Shown: positions 37,301 to 49,870 of the stretch, in pieces
How positions within the stretch are numbered: the stretch's first letter is position 1
Layout of the letters: the number at the start of each line of letters is the position of its first letter
Assembly (NCBI RefSeq): GCF_018977255.1
Contig: NW_024704743.1
Coordinates: 89,406,001 to 89,470,000 of the forward strand
DNA length: 64,000 nt
Reading direction: 5' to 3'
Source of the DNA: Callorhinchus milii
Taxonomy: Eukaryota
The notes under the pieces: model-generated
Databases searched by the model: none
Seen by the model: only the letters and a program-made list of their open reading frames with translations
Told to the model about the DNA's origin: nothing
Position numbers and translations under genes: made by a program

Positions 37301-38909
37301 ATTTTGGGAGGGAGAAGCTTTTAAGGACTAACAGTGAAGGGGGAGGCAGGGCAAGGAAAACAGGAGAAAATGGGGTAGAGGACGGGGGGAGGGTGGGGGA
37401 ATTGGAATAGAGGTGTTAATACTGCAGGAATTCATTCTCTGGAAGAGCAGCAGTTAATCCTGAATTTGACTTGGTTGCATTTATTTGGAAGAGGAACAGC
37501 AGGCAGGAGTTGGACCCAAGAAAGTTCAGTATTACTGAGGTCGGTCGTCAGAGAACAGACGATGAAGGAGGAAAGGATGGGTCAAATATCAAAAGTGACA
37601 CTGAGGACAAAGAAGACACAGGCAGATCCAGGCTCTAGCTCTATTGTATATAACTTTAATCAGAGTTCACTTGGTGTTGTGGGTGGGTTGCAAATTAGCT
37701 TGGAAGATCTAAAATAGGGAGTTTGGGATCATAATTCAGGGACAATGATGTATTCCAAAACTTTGGGGAGAAAAGGCATTTTGAGGGTTGTCCAAAAGGC
37801 TAAGAAGATGACAAAATAAGAGAACTTGTGCAAGAGAGGATTAAAATCCTTCAATATAAAAGCTTCTATTTGCATTGCCTATAATGGGATATGAACAGTG
37901 GAGCTATTTCACAATCTCAATTTGTTAAATTTAAAGCAATGTGATTTCTCTATGCACAGCTATTTTGGATCTGGTTTAGGTTTCAAACGACACATGCTGC
38001 ACAGTTTCAGGATATGAGCAAGGCTGCAATACAGGATTTCTGAATCAAAATTCAATATAAATCTGACAGCTGCTATTCACATTTTTAAATTATTTTTGTG
38101 AAGTATCAGCACCAAATGTAAAAAATATCTTATCCATTTTAACATTACAACAGTTGTCCGGCTTATAGCTAATGCTGCAGTCCAGTCTTGCTCTCTTGTG
38201 TACCACATTTTTCCTATGATAGTTTTAGCCTAGCTTTATGCCCTTAGGTCATCTCATGGTTTTAGGATTAAAACCATTGACTTAAAATGTAAGTTTATGC
38301 AAATTTTGGAAAGTCCTTAATTAATTCTTAATTTGGGAGTCAGTTTCCCAATTTACATTTTAGTTTTTTTTAAAAAAAGACTACCAGGCAATTAAATAAT
38401 TTTCCAAACTTCTACACAATCTTATATTTTAAGGCAATGGATGTAAGACCTTGAAGAATTCAGGCCAGGTTTCCTAAAGCCAATGCTGTGTGCTCAAACC
38501 TTTTGTACATAACTGGATGTCCAGTGACCCAATACTATACAACCACCCAGTAAATTATATCTGAGCCTAAACCTCCTCTCAAATGATATATACATATGTG
38601 CATTTTGGGTAGCAGTTAGTGGATAACAAAGGCCAAAATCTCTCACGGCCTTAGCCCTAAGACCTTTGTTTATGTTCACCAGAATTTTAGAAAATCGTTC
38701 AATTCAGTATTAATTTGGAAGATGGTGTTCTGCAAAAAGGCATTCCTGGTCCTGCCTGCATTATGTGCATAGCAGAGATTACAAAAAATTATTTGGAAAA
38801 GTTCTAGACAATGCGAGAGCGACTGACATCATCATGCTAATTCTGTGATCACATCACACTTTCATGCATGTGCAAAATGGCTTTTCAAGCTTCCGGATGC
38901 ATAATATGG

Positions 38910-39460
38910 TGTCAGCCTGAATTAGTTGGTTGCACTCTCGCTGCTCTGTGAGTTAAAGCTCCATGTTGAGATTTCTCCTCATAGTCTTGGACCCTGTTGA
39001 CATTCCAAAGCAAAGCTGAAGATTGTTGCATTATTGGAGGTGCCATCCTTGGAATGAAATATTAAACTAAGGTCCCATCTGCCTGTTCAAATGGATGTTA
39101 GAGATCTAATGGCACTATTCAAAAAGAAAAGGGAGTGATCTCCTAGTGTCCTAGCCAACAATTGTCCAGGTACAATTCGTCATTCATTTCATGACTATTT
39201 GTGGAACAATTCTGTGCGCAAATTAATAATAATATAATCCTTGCATTTGATATAGAGCCTTACCACATCATTGAGATGTTTCAAAGTGCTTCACAGAATA
39301 TATAGTAAAATGGATTTTGTGGGCAAAACGCGGCAGCCAATTGTGCACAGTATTGTCAGTTTGCTAAAAACATTCATTACACGCTACAGTAAATTCTGTA
39401 AAGCTCATTGAGACACCGTGATGATGTGATGAGATGTTATATCAAGTGAACGGACTATTT
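38910..39460 (+). mobile_element. Deu-domain SINE interrupted by an inverted SINE tail (about 39225-39355)
   Basis: gcattattggaggtgccatcctt...aaggtcccatctgcctgttca core; an inverted aataatccttgcatttgatat...gccaattgtgcacag block sits inside it. Confidence 0.7.
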
Positions 39461-39904
39461 TGTTGTTATTTGTGTAAAAGCCACACTGGACATTGAGTTT
39501 TACTTACACTTGAGTTTTCTGTCTCATTTACTCTCCTCAGAATTCAATGGCTACTGTGATTCTCAAACGTTTAATAAGAAACACTGCAGTGATACTGTTC
39601 ATCCCTTGATAAGAGGCGTCTTTCTTTTGTATCTATTTGACTAATATGCAGGCTCCAAAATGCAGTTAATGAAGCAGACCTTCATATTCAGCTCATTTTC
39701 CTAATGAGCAGCTGTCAACTATTTTGACCAAGGTTATAATTGCAACCATTATGATAATAATTGTTACAGCTACATTCCCTAGTATCATTTACTCATTGTC
39801 TATGGATGCTATTTGTACCACCTTGTGCTTGGAAATGGTTGGCTGAATTTTACTCATGAGGAGATAAAACCAGACAGTACTTCCAAGCCCATCTGGATAC
39901 CCAA

Positions 39905-40680
39905 ATACAATAACAACAACAACAAGATTCCATTTATAGAGCGCCTTTCATGTCGGGAGGACGTCCCAAGGCGCTGGACAGTTGGGTCGAGACCCGAGCA
40001 GTGGGGAAATGGTCAGGGGGAGGGAGCGAGGAGGGGGTAGAGAGTCGAGAGGGGAGCTGAAGGCACGGTCGAAGAGAAAGGTCTTGAGACCGGCCTTGAA
40101 GGAGGAAAGGGAGGAGGCGGCGAAGGCACTGGGGGATGGAGTTCCAGAGCCTCGGGGCTGAGAGGCTGAAGGCCCGGCCACCGATGGAAGGGCGGTTGGG
40201 GCGGGGGATGTGGAGCAGACCGGAGCCAGAGGAACGGAGGGTACGGGCAGGTAGGAAGGGGGATAGTAGGTCAGAGAGGTAGGAGGGAGCAAGGCCGTGA
40301 ATGGCCTTGTAGGTGAGGATGAGGATCTTGAATTTGATCCTCCGGGGGATGGGAAGCCAGTGGAGGCGAGCGAGGGTATGTACAACAACAACAACAACAA
40401 GATTCCATTTATAGAGCGTCTTTCACATCGGGAGGACGTCCCAAGGCGCTGTACAGTTGGGTCAGGACCCAAGCAGGGGGGAAATGGTCAGGGTGAGGGG
40501 AGTGAAGGGAGGGAGCGAGGAGGGGGGAAATAGTCAGGGTGAGGGGAGGGAAGGGAGGGAGCGAGGAGTGGGTAGAGAGTCGAGAGGGGAGCCGAAGGCA
40601 CGGTCAAAAAGAAAGGTCTTGAGACCGGTCTTGAAGGAGGAAAGGGAGGCAGCAAGGCGAAGGCACTGGGGGATTCCAGT
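39905..40680 (-). mobile_element. Two head-to-tail young L2 3' fragments (39905-40378 and 40382-40680)
   Basis: Each begins with (AAC)n aagattccatttatagagcg; near-identical to 25161-25660; the second has an internal ~46-bp duplication. Confidence 0.93.
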
Positions 40681-41344
40681 TTCTGGTGCAAACTGACCTG
40701 CTCTAGTGCTCAAAACACTTGTAAATGCACAAGACGGTGGCCAGACAACGCAGGAAGCTGCAAGTGTTACAAACTACCAGTAACTGTGTGTCCACACGTG
40801 AAGTATAAGTAAATGCATGCTCTAGCAAGATGCTTTCCAACAGGGTCGGCCTATATTCTGAAACCTTGCTTGATTACTTGGTGGATTAGGGAGTACAAGC
40901 ACTCCTGGACTCTACCCCGCGTGAAGGGCGCGATATAAATACAAGTTGTTGTTGTTGTTACAGTATTTCATGCAAAATCTCCCTGCAAGAGAGTAATTTG
41001 TCAGATTAAAGTCCAGGAAGCTTGTAAGATCAACTCCGAATGATAAAAAGTTTAAAGGAAAAATCTATAAAAATGACAAATAGAAAAAATATATAAGCCA
41101 GAACCACTAACAGAATGGGAGCACTTTAAGGAATGCAAGTCTCTTGGAGAAAGTGATTTGCATCCAGGTTTGTCATACAAATTGCTGTTATGGAAACAAA
41201 CAGGGTCATGTTTCAGGGGCAGTGGTTCCTCCTACAACATCTGTGTTTCTATGCTCACCGAGATGCTACTAAATTAATGAGGTCCGGATAACCAGCAGGT
41301 CTTACCTAGTCACATCATTAAAATATTTTTACAATCTCCGAGAT

Positions 41345-41540
41345 ACAAAAAAGAAGAGGAAAGAAAGAAAAGGAAGGATGGGGGAGAATAACAGGGAGTT
41401 AGGAAGAGAGGAAGGAAAGATAAGGGGATGATAGGAAGAGAGGAAAGAGGAGGAAGCAAGGGAAGCAGGAAAGACTGAGGAAGAAACAAAGGTAAGAATG
41501 AACAGAGGAAGGCAGTAAGGTGCAAGGAAGGAATGAAAGA
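41345..41540. repeat. Purine-rich (GGAA/GAA) low-complexity tract
   Basis: aagaagaggaaagaaagaaaaggaagg... Confidence 0.75.
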
Positions 41541-41682
41541 TTTATTTTTATTTAATGGCCAGATTGTTCTATTCCAGTCCTCCACAATTACTAAATCTAT
41601 ATACAGTATAGGTTGGAAAATATCTTATCCTACTCAGGAAGTATACCTGTATATAAACCCAGAATAAGAAATGTGCATTTAC

Positions 41683-41742
41683 CTTAAACTTCAACCATTC
41701 TCTTTGTTTCTCCTGATGAATATATTTCTGGTTGATCTCCTC
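41683..41742 (-). CDS. CNBD1: CNBD1-like exon EEINQKYIHQEKQREWLKFK
   Basis: Acceptor ttttgaccttgcag, donor AAG|gtaaat; 60 nt, phase 0-0. Confidence 0.88.
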
Positions 41743-42361
41743 CTGCAAGGTCAAAATTTCCCTCATTAATATATATAAGCAATGTAAAAAATAATGGTTT
41801 CATTTGATAGTGCACCTTATCATGTCCAAATGTCTCAAAGCTATAGGCAATAAGTTACTTTGAAGTGTAATGACTTGCTCTGCAGGCAACTTATGCATGA
41901 AACCTTTACAGACTGATGAGTCAAATAAAGAAATCCATTCGCAAACATAATTGGACGTCTTCTGGTTGATTTGATAATCTGTTCATATGGTGGTTTTCCA
42001 CAATTATAAGAGTACAGTTGCTCCTATAAAGCATTAAAGAAAGACGCTAGCACCAGAATATTGCTGAAGCACAAATATGTTAATATCCTCAAGGGAAAAA
42101 AGAGCAAAACACTGAATGTAAGAGAATGTAATCAATTATTAAAAATGCAAATGATTTCTGAAATGTATCACTCCCATATAAGACTAATACACATACTGTC
42201 TGCAAAGACATTTTTGCATTCAGTTTGAAAAGGTTTGGCGAAATTTAGGAAATCTTACATGTACCAGAGAATAATGAAGTCTAAAACGTAGGAATTTTAA
42301 ATGGGATTCCTTCATTTGAACTTCTGAGTCTCAAAGGAGGATTCATTCTGATAACAAGAAG

Positions 42362-42760
42362 AATAAATAATCCTTGCATTTGATACAGTGCCTTTCATGT
42401 CAGGAGGACATCTTAAAGTGCTTCACCGTATATTCTGTATAGGGTAGTAACTGTACACTTTGTAGGCAAACACAGCATCCAGTTTGTGCACAAATTATCA
42501 TGATGTAAATGACCAATTTTATCTGGGAGAATCTTGGCCAGTACACTGGCAGAAACTCCATTCTCTTTTTGAATAGTGCCACGGGATCATTAACATCCAC
42601 CTGAACAGAGAGATGGACATCAATTTCATGTCTCATCTGAAGGACGGCTCCTCCAACAATGGAATGCTCACTCAGCATTATATTTCAGTATCAGCCTGGA
42701 ATGTAAATTCAAAATACCAACGTGGTCTTGAATCCACAGGCTTCTGATATTCTAGTAACG
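42362..42760 (-). mobile_element. Deu-domain SINE with L2-type tail
   Basis: ataatccttgcatttgatacagtgcctttcatgtcaggaggacatc...gaatagtgccacgggatcattaacatccacctgaacag...tctcatctgaaggacggc. Confidence 0.8.
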
Positions 42761-42995
42761 CAATACACATTTGCAGACTGGGGGGGAACTCTACTCCAAA
42801 AATAGATTGAGTCAAAGAGGAGTTTCTGCCAGTGAGCAGTGTTAGTGGGCAATTGTTGTGCATTAGAGCCCCAATTTGTATAGAGTTGGGCTGTTATGTG
42901 CTACAACACTGTAACACAAAGACAGTGATCAATACGGCCATAAATTGGACTAGCAAAACATGTGAGTCATCATTTCAGCTTTTGTTTGGTCAGTT

Positions 42996-43168
42996 GTGTC
43001 TGACACATGCGGAAACCCATCACAATGCTTAAGAGTATCCAAACCAAACTAAGATTTCCATGCATCCCACCTGCACATGGAAATCCCAGAGATAGATTGT
43101 TGGAATGGAATGGACACTCTCTCTGGAGGGATGCATCCTGCTTACCTAATTCCAGAAAGTATTAGGCA
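42996..43168 (+). repeat. Unclassified ~175-bp dispersed repeat, copy 2
   Basis: See 34157-34330. Confidence 0.85.
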
Positions 43169-43344
43169 CAGGTTGGCAAGAGCCAAGGCTGGGGGGCCCC
43201 AGAGTGTGTTGGTATACTGTTGGAATCTAACCAGCTAAACCTGCATAGCTTGCCATTGATATCGCTAAAAACTCATACCAGTGACTGGTCTACTTCTCTA
43301 AGTTCCAGACCTGCATGGCATCAGAAACCACCACCCATCCCCAC

Positions 43345-43669
43345 ATAATAATAATAATAATAATCCTTGCATTTGATATAGCGCTTTTCACGTCAGGAGG
43401 ACGTCCCAAAGCGCTTCACAGAACACACTGTAAAGTGAATTGACTGTATATTTGTGGGCGAACGCGGCAGCCAATTGCGCACAGCAATGTCCCACAAACA
43501 GTCGTAGATTGAAAATGACCAATTTAATTATTGTTTTTGGTTTTTTGGAGGGATTATTATTAGGCGTGTGGAGTAAGGAAACTTGCCCAAGGTTTCGCCC
43601 TGCCTGGAATTGAACTCAGGTCTCTCACTTGCAAAGCGAGTGCTCTAACCACTGAGCTACAGGACTCCA
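43345..43669 (-). mobile_element. Young full-length tRNA-headed SINE, short variant, with candidate 8-bp target-site duplication
   Basis: Intact CpGs; catcccca at 43336-43343 and 43670-43677; head nearly identical to the copy at 61493-61803. Confidence 0.93.
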
Positions 43670-44334
43670 CATCCCCAACCATCACCACCTTTCAGTGTTG
43701 ATACTATTAGATATTTTTAAGATTTCATTTGATTTCACTAAAGCCTGTAGCAGGTTTTCCCATCAGCACCTTGGGATGTGAAAGGCACTATATGAATGTA
43801 ATTTCTCCGTTGTTCTCCTCAATGAAACATATGCCTTATAAATATTGAAAGGGACATGATGTGTGGATTACCTGAAGTTAAAAAGTGAGAGGCTGGGGAG
43901 AGCAGAAGCAATTCAAATGCTGGCACACCTTCACTTTGAAGGTTGAAGATACCTGGACCAAATTTACAAACATATCCAGATTCACACCTTGTTAGGTGTG
44001 TGAACAGAACCAGGTTGGTTCATGCATCATAATAACTTCTAGCAGCATAGATTAAAACAAAATAATAAATTTGCTAAATCAGCTAAATCAGAAGTGATGA
44101 CACATAAAATAGTGCTGACCTTCAATTATGCCTAACAATTTACAATGTTTTAAAAGGCAATGATCAGAAAAAATGACGTTAAAACAATGCATTTATTCAA
44201 CATGAAAATTGTATTGAAATAATGCTGAAAATACAGTATAAAAGTGGATAGAGGAGTGTGATCACAGAGTGATTAACACTTTTAGATCGACGGAGAAGGT
44301 GATTTTGCCAGAGAAGCTATTAGAACTTCAGGTG

Positions 44335-44680
44335 TTAGCTTGGTTCAGTTGGTAGCCCACTCATCTCTGGGTTAGAAGGTTATGGGCTAAAGCCTCACAT
44401 CAAGTTTCACAGTCTAGACTGACTCAGTATTGGAGGAGGACTGTATTGTCAAAGTGCTACTGTTTAGATGAAACAATAAATCAAGGTCTTGTCTGCCTAT
44501 TCAGATGGATCTTAAAAGATCCCATGGCACTTTTTTCCAGTGCCCTGCCAACAATCTACCAGATTAATTGATCATTCACTTCAGGGCTACCTTGCTGTGT
44601 GCAAACTATCTTTGCCTCTAAAGCACATTGGGATATTGCGATATTACAGGTATTATATCAAATAAAAGGATTAATTACAG
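44335..44680 (+). mobile_element. Deu-domain SINE, degraded
   Basis: ttggttcagttggtagcccactcatctctgggttagaaggttatggg head; aaagatcccatggcact core. Confidence 0.7.
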
Positions 44681-47107
44681 TAATTAAGTATAAATACAGT
44701 GAGTATGATTGATAATGGGATATTCACAAACCATATTCAATCTCAACTAAATGTAAGTTCTTATTTGCAAGACTGTAACAACAACAACTTGCATTCGCAT
44801 AGCGCCCTTCATGCCAGGCAACATCTCGGAGTTCATCTGTAAAACAGATGATTCCAAAAATGGCCAACAAGTAAATCAGCCAGGGTTTCCTTTGTAATCG
44901 CTGTCCACAGAAACCCACTGCAAGATGCATGTGTGTGGGCAACAACAACAACTTGCATTTATGTAGCGCCCTCACGCAGGATAGCATCCCAGAGCGCTTG
45001 AGGATTTGGGAAAAAACAAGATCAGGCGGCTCTGATGTTTGCCACGCTCATTGTCAAGGCTCATCAGTAAATAATGGTCACTTGGAAGAGAAATGTTCAT
45101 GGGGAAAAATATGTTTTTTTTGCGGGGGGTTTGGATCCTGTGATTATCTGTAAATTTGCTGACCTCAGCTTGTCTGTTCTTACTTTGCTCCAATTCCAAG
45201 ATTAAGCTAAATTTTAAGACGGCACCTACACTATCAGTGTATCTGTAAATTCAACTCTTTTTTACTTTGAAAATCCCAACTGAATTAATGTTTTGGATCG
45301 TAAAAAAGACTCCACACATCAAACAGGCAACAACAATGCTAAAATTGGTAGGGAGTAGTCCTTCCTGACTTCTATATGTGCCTTTCTGATAAAGAAGCTG
45401 TTTAGAGGTTAAAGAAATCTATCCGTTTGAGCTAATTTTCCTTTGGCAAGACACTGATTGTTTACAGTGGGGAATACATTCTGTCAGTGAGGGAAGTCAG
45501 TTGTTTATCTGTAAAGGGCATTATTTTCAGCAGAGAAACTGTAATCATGAAGCAGCTAATCTGTGAAGGGATCAATTTTGAAAGTTTTGGCAGGTGGCAG
45601 AGACTGAAATATATAACTTTATAATGGCTTTCTCATGGTGAAAGTAGTCATATATGGGCATTTCATTTTCAGGTCTTGATCGACTCCATTTATTTATTGC
45701 TGGAAATTTTCACTTTGGTATCAAAACACGAATGAATTTTGAACATATTTTCAGGTGGAATTTGGGTCACAGACTTGCACTATAAGTCTCCTGGATTGAT
45801 TTGGAACAAATTGAAACAATGGAATCTTATGGGGAAGATTTTCAAGTACATCAATGGAGAATCAAATAGACCAATATACCTAGTATAGGGTGAGATTGAG
45901 GACAACAGACTTTTGCAAGTCACCTGTGAATAATATCAAAAGGTTGGTTCGGATCAAGGCCCTTCAGCCCATCTGAATTCATCCTTACAGAATATCAACA
46001 TTTATCATACCCCATCATAACATCAAACTGACATTTTAAAAATACATCCAATATACTGGTCTCAAACACCCTTCCTGGCAACCTGTTCCAGTCATTATTT
46101 ATTTCTGGTAAAGGAAAACCTCCTGGTGTCTGTCCTCAAATAGCAAACCTTTACTGAAGATATTAAGTGCTTGTTACATTTTTTGGTCAGACTATTTCAT
46201 GTTCTACTAATATACTATTGTGCTACCAGTTATTATAGTTATGTGTGATAGTTATATTTGATCCCATTGTTGCATATTTTCCATTGTTGTGATCCTTATA
46301 TGTAAGCTAGCCTTAGGGTTGCTAGGTTTTAATAAAGAGCTGTTGTTTCTACCGAATATATCCTCGAATCTCTATAATATTCTAGTCAAGAAAAGGAATA
46401 AGCACTTTGGAGGGTGGTTGTCAAAATAGGAGGTCTACTAGTGCGAGCAGACTCCGATTAGACATTCCAGTAACTGACATTGAGGTAACTGGGAATACCT
46501 GTCTGTGTGTGACTCTGACTTGGTTGAGTCACCTTTTGAAAGAAGGACTCACCCGACAGGGTTAGGAGAAGCAAAGGCCACTTAGCACAAAAGCGTTAAT
46601 AAAATTTGCACGTACATCAAGTGGTGAGAACAGTCGCACACCAATTTTACCATTGGATGTTTTGTGATCCCTGAATAGTGAATTAGTGGGAGGACAGGGA
46701 GAAACTTCCTGCTCGGGTCTGACCTCTCTTTGCTGTTCTAATGCATAATGCAATATTGCCCTGAAAGTGTTCATCTGATGAGTTGCAAAGGAGATGTAAA
46801 CTGTCACTTGTGGCCAGCACTCCCTCCTTCTTACTGAATGGCTGTGCTAGCCTCGTATGTCCCCTTGGAGCTCCTAATGACTACAAAACAACAACAAAAT
46901 TACATTTGTATAGTGCTTTTCACGTCCAGAGGACGTCCCAAGGCACTGGACAATAAGTGTTTCGGACCCAAGCTGGGGTTCAGGATCGGGGCGGGTGGAA
47001 GGCAGGGGGTGGAAGGAGGGTGCCAAACTACCTCTGAGACCAGATATGCAACCCAGAAATGTAGATATGTATGAGTAATTATTGGCACAGGGAATTGGTT
47101 CAACTAA

Positions 47108-47138
<31 letters not shown>

Positions 47139-47442
47139 AAAACAGTACACTTGATGTAGCGCCTTTATGTTTGGAGGATATCTCAAATCACGCACAGGTT
47201 ATACTGTGAAGTGGAATGAAAGTATATTTTGTGGCCGAACAGGATGAGAGAATTCACTGCTGAAATATGAGTTATACTCGGCTAGAAACTATTCCACAGA
47301 ACCATAGAAATGTACAGCACATTTATAGTCATTCAGCCCATTGTGTCTGTGCTGGCTCTTTGAAAGAGCAATACATTCAGTACTGCTTTTTATCCATACC
47401 CCTGCAAATTACTTTAAAGAGTTTATACATTTGTTCGCTCAC

Positions 47443-47510
47443 CTGATTGAGTTTGCCGAAGGTCAGTTCTGCAGTCTGTTGAAGAAGCATCTGATTTACC
47501 TCGTCAAGTT
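47443..47510 (-). CDS. CNBD1: CNBD1-like exon (E)LDEVNQMLLQQTAELTFGKLNQ
   Basis: Acceptor ctctgtgtatttacag, donor CAG|gtgagc; 68 nt, phase 1 to 0. Confidence 0.88.
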
Positions 47511-47751
47511 CTGTAAATACACAGAGCTTCTTTATCAAATGGTGAAACAGCTGTATCTGAATTGAATGATGAACAAGTGATCTCAAAGGGCCTTTATCAC
47601 ACAAATGTACAACTAATGCATTATTTAAAAAAGACAAGTAATTGTTTAGATTAGTGTGAGGCACAAATTACTATAGCAACAGTAATGGTTGTAGAAACCA
47701 CTGGATGCTAAGGTTCTCTGAACACAAAGGAGATGGCCAATGCAACATTAC

Positions 47752-47902
47752 CAAGCAAAGCACTGTCAGAAATAACTCCAAGCTCAACATCTGTTCCTGT
47801 GACAACTGTGCAGGTGAAAGGTTCTTGTTGTATAATGCTGATCTCTCCGAAGGATTCATTCTTTTCTAATTTTCCCATAATCACATGTTTAGTTTCATTG
47901 AC
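47752..47902 (-). CDS. CNBD1: CNBD1-like exon VNETKHVIMGKLEKNESFGEISIIQQEPFTCTVVTGTDVELGVISDSALL (second cNMP-binding domain)
   Basis: Acceptor catatttgtttcctag, donor G|gtaatg; 151 nt, phase 0 to 1; matches remembered CNBD1 MGKLKEKESFGEISVLLQVPFTCTIIT. Confidence 0.93.
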
Positions 47903-48181
47903 CTAGGAAACAAATATGAGACATGTGATAGGAGTAAAAGATGCAAACAAAACGCATTTAACATACGAGTCAAGACCACTTGCATGCAACATCAACTTGC
48001 CAAAATACGCGGGCTATCTATATTCAAAAAAGCAAGCGTTCTTTTAATCCCAATGGCCTGCCCTATTCTCATACAAGTTCAAGCTTCTAACTCTCATATA
48101 ATGGTTCACTTCCCTCTTGAAATGGGTAACATACTAAATGAGAGGGAGAAAGTAAATACGTTCAGATTTGTAATTGTATTA

Positions 48182-48730
48182 ACAACAAATTACTTTTATA
48201 TAGCACCTTTCACAGGAGGAGTTTAGATGACTCCAGCGCAGCGGAGAAGTGTAGGGGGAGTTATTTTTCCAGCAGCGGTAGGAGATGGAGGTAGGTTGGG
48301 TGGTGGAGAGAGGGATTGAGGAGTTAAGGGAGATGAAGTAGTGGTCCAAGATGGCTTTGTCGGTGATGATGACGTCCGAGATGCTGATTCCGCAGGTAAT
48401 CATCAGGTCAAGCGGGTGGCCATGGATGTGGAGAGTAGAGTTGATGTGGAGGGATAGGTTGGAAGAGGAGAGGAGGGAGGTGAAATCAGCGGCGATAGAG
48501 CAAGAGGGGGTGAAGTGCAGGTTGAAATCGCCTAGGATGAGGAGGAGCTCAGAACAAAGGGAGAGAGAAGATAGAAGGGTGAAGATCTCAAAGACAAAGG
48601 TGAGGGAGAGTTGGGGGAGGTGATAAACTAGGAGAATTGGAGGGATGGTATAGGGTAAGGTGCTCGAAGGAGGGAAAGGAACCAGAGGAGTAAGGAGTCG
48701 CCTAGGGTGATCCAGGTTTCTGTGAGGACC
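48182..48730 (-). mobile_element. L2 LINE endonuclease (APE) fragment joined to an L2 3' tail
   Basis: Minus strand LLILGDFNLH and ITDKAILDHYFI; a tail aacaacaaattacttttatatagcacctttcac abuts it at 48182-48215. Confidence 0.75.
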
Positions 48731-48983
48731 CTTAATAACAAGGCTTGATATAAAACAATCAATTGATACAGAGAAATGGTAAAGCAGGTTGGATGTAGTA
48801 AATCAAAACATTTGATTTACATTCAAATAGACTTGACTGTAGAAGTCATTTCTCAATGAACTTAAAAAGTCAACTATTTGTAGCTGTTTTAAGTATGGAA
48901 GACAACAATCAGATAAAAAGAGCTGCTGATTTCACCACAATTATTTGTTACAGTCTACAAGATGTAATTCACAAACTATTTAC

Positions 48984-49093
48984 CGTTTTTCCCAGAGGAC
49001 GTTTTACAATGACTTCAATGCTTCTTAAAATGTGGCATTCACCAGACATAATATATCCTGCAAAGCTGCTGATTTCACCTTCTTTCACCAGCA
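48984..49093 (-). CDS. CNBD1: CNBD1-like exon (V)LVKEGEISSFAGYIMSGECHILRSIEVIVKRPLGKT
   Basis: Acceptor catatttacttgcag, donor ACG|gtaaat; 110 nt, phase 1 to 0; matches CNBD1 VIVESGNIISFVGYINSGCCNIYRSI. Confidence 0.92.
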
Positions 49094-49727
49094 CTGCAAG
49101 TAAATATGATGAACAAAAATCATAGGCAACTCTAACAATTTGAAATCTATAGGCAAAACAATGCAGAAATACATTCTTAGAGTCCAGTAATATATTCTTA
49201 AATCAAATATCTGTCCCTATTTCATCCTTTCATGAATTAACTTCCTTGTTCACCATTGACCTTCAAAGCTAATGGGTTTCCATTAGCAAATCCTAAAACC
49301 AGATTTGAAGAATCTATCATGGCTCTGAATCTGATGCTATCCAATAAACAGCTTAAAACAAAACTCTTAAAGTGGTCTGCAGTCTTATGTAGAATCAAAG
49401 ACAAGTACAATTTTCTCTCGTGGACAATTCAGACAATTGCACAAAAGAAATTTTGTTTATATAAATTTACTATTGTAAGAGTTTTTTCTTTTTAATGTGA
49501 AAATATGCACAAAACATTACTATATTTCAATAAAAAAATAAAGTCCAAATTGGTGGTATGTTTAAAGTACAGAATAATTAAACCATGATTAAACTGAAAA
49601 GTGCTTGCCTTGGTAATTTTGATTTTAGTAGCAGGATCTCACGAGTATGGATGCAACAAACCAAGACTGACACAGAGCTGTGAAAATGCTCACTCATAAG
49701 TACAAAAGAAATGTTGTCATATCATAT

Positions 49728-49870
49728 TATAGAATCATATCATAGAATTATACAGCACAGAAGGAGGCCATTCGGCCTATCGTGTCTGTGCCGGTTCTTT
49801 GAAAAGAGCTACCCAAATCAATCCCATTCCCCCACTCTCTCCCCACAGCCTTGCAACCTTGTTCTCCCCA
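49728..49870 (-). mobile_element. CR1-type LINE/SINE 3' end
   Basis: atagaatcatatcatagaattatacagcacagaaggaggccattcggcc. Confidence 0.7.

Noticed and set aside
46200..46400. Possible solo LTR (tg...tata...aataaa)
   Set aside because: No second LTR, clear TG...CA ends, PBS or TSD could be confirmed.
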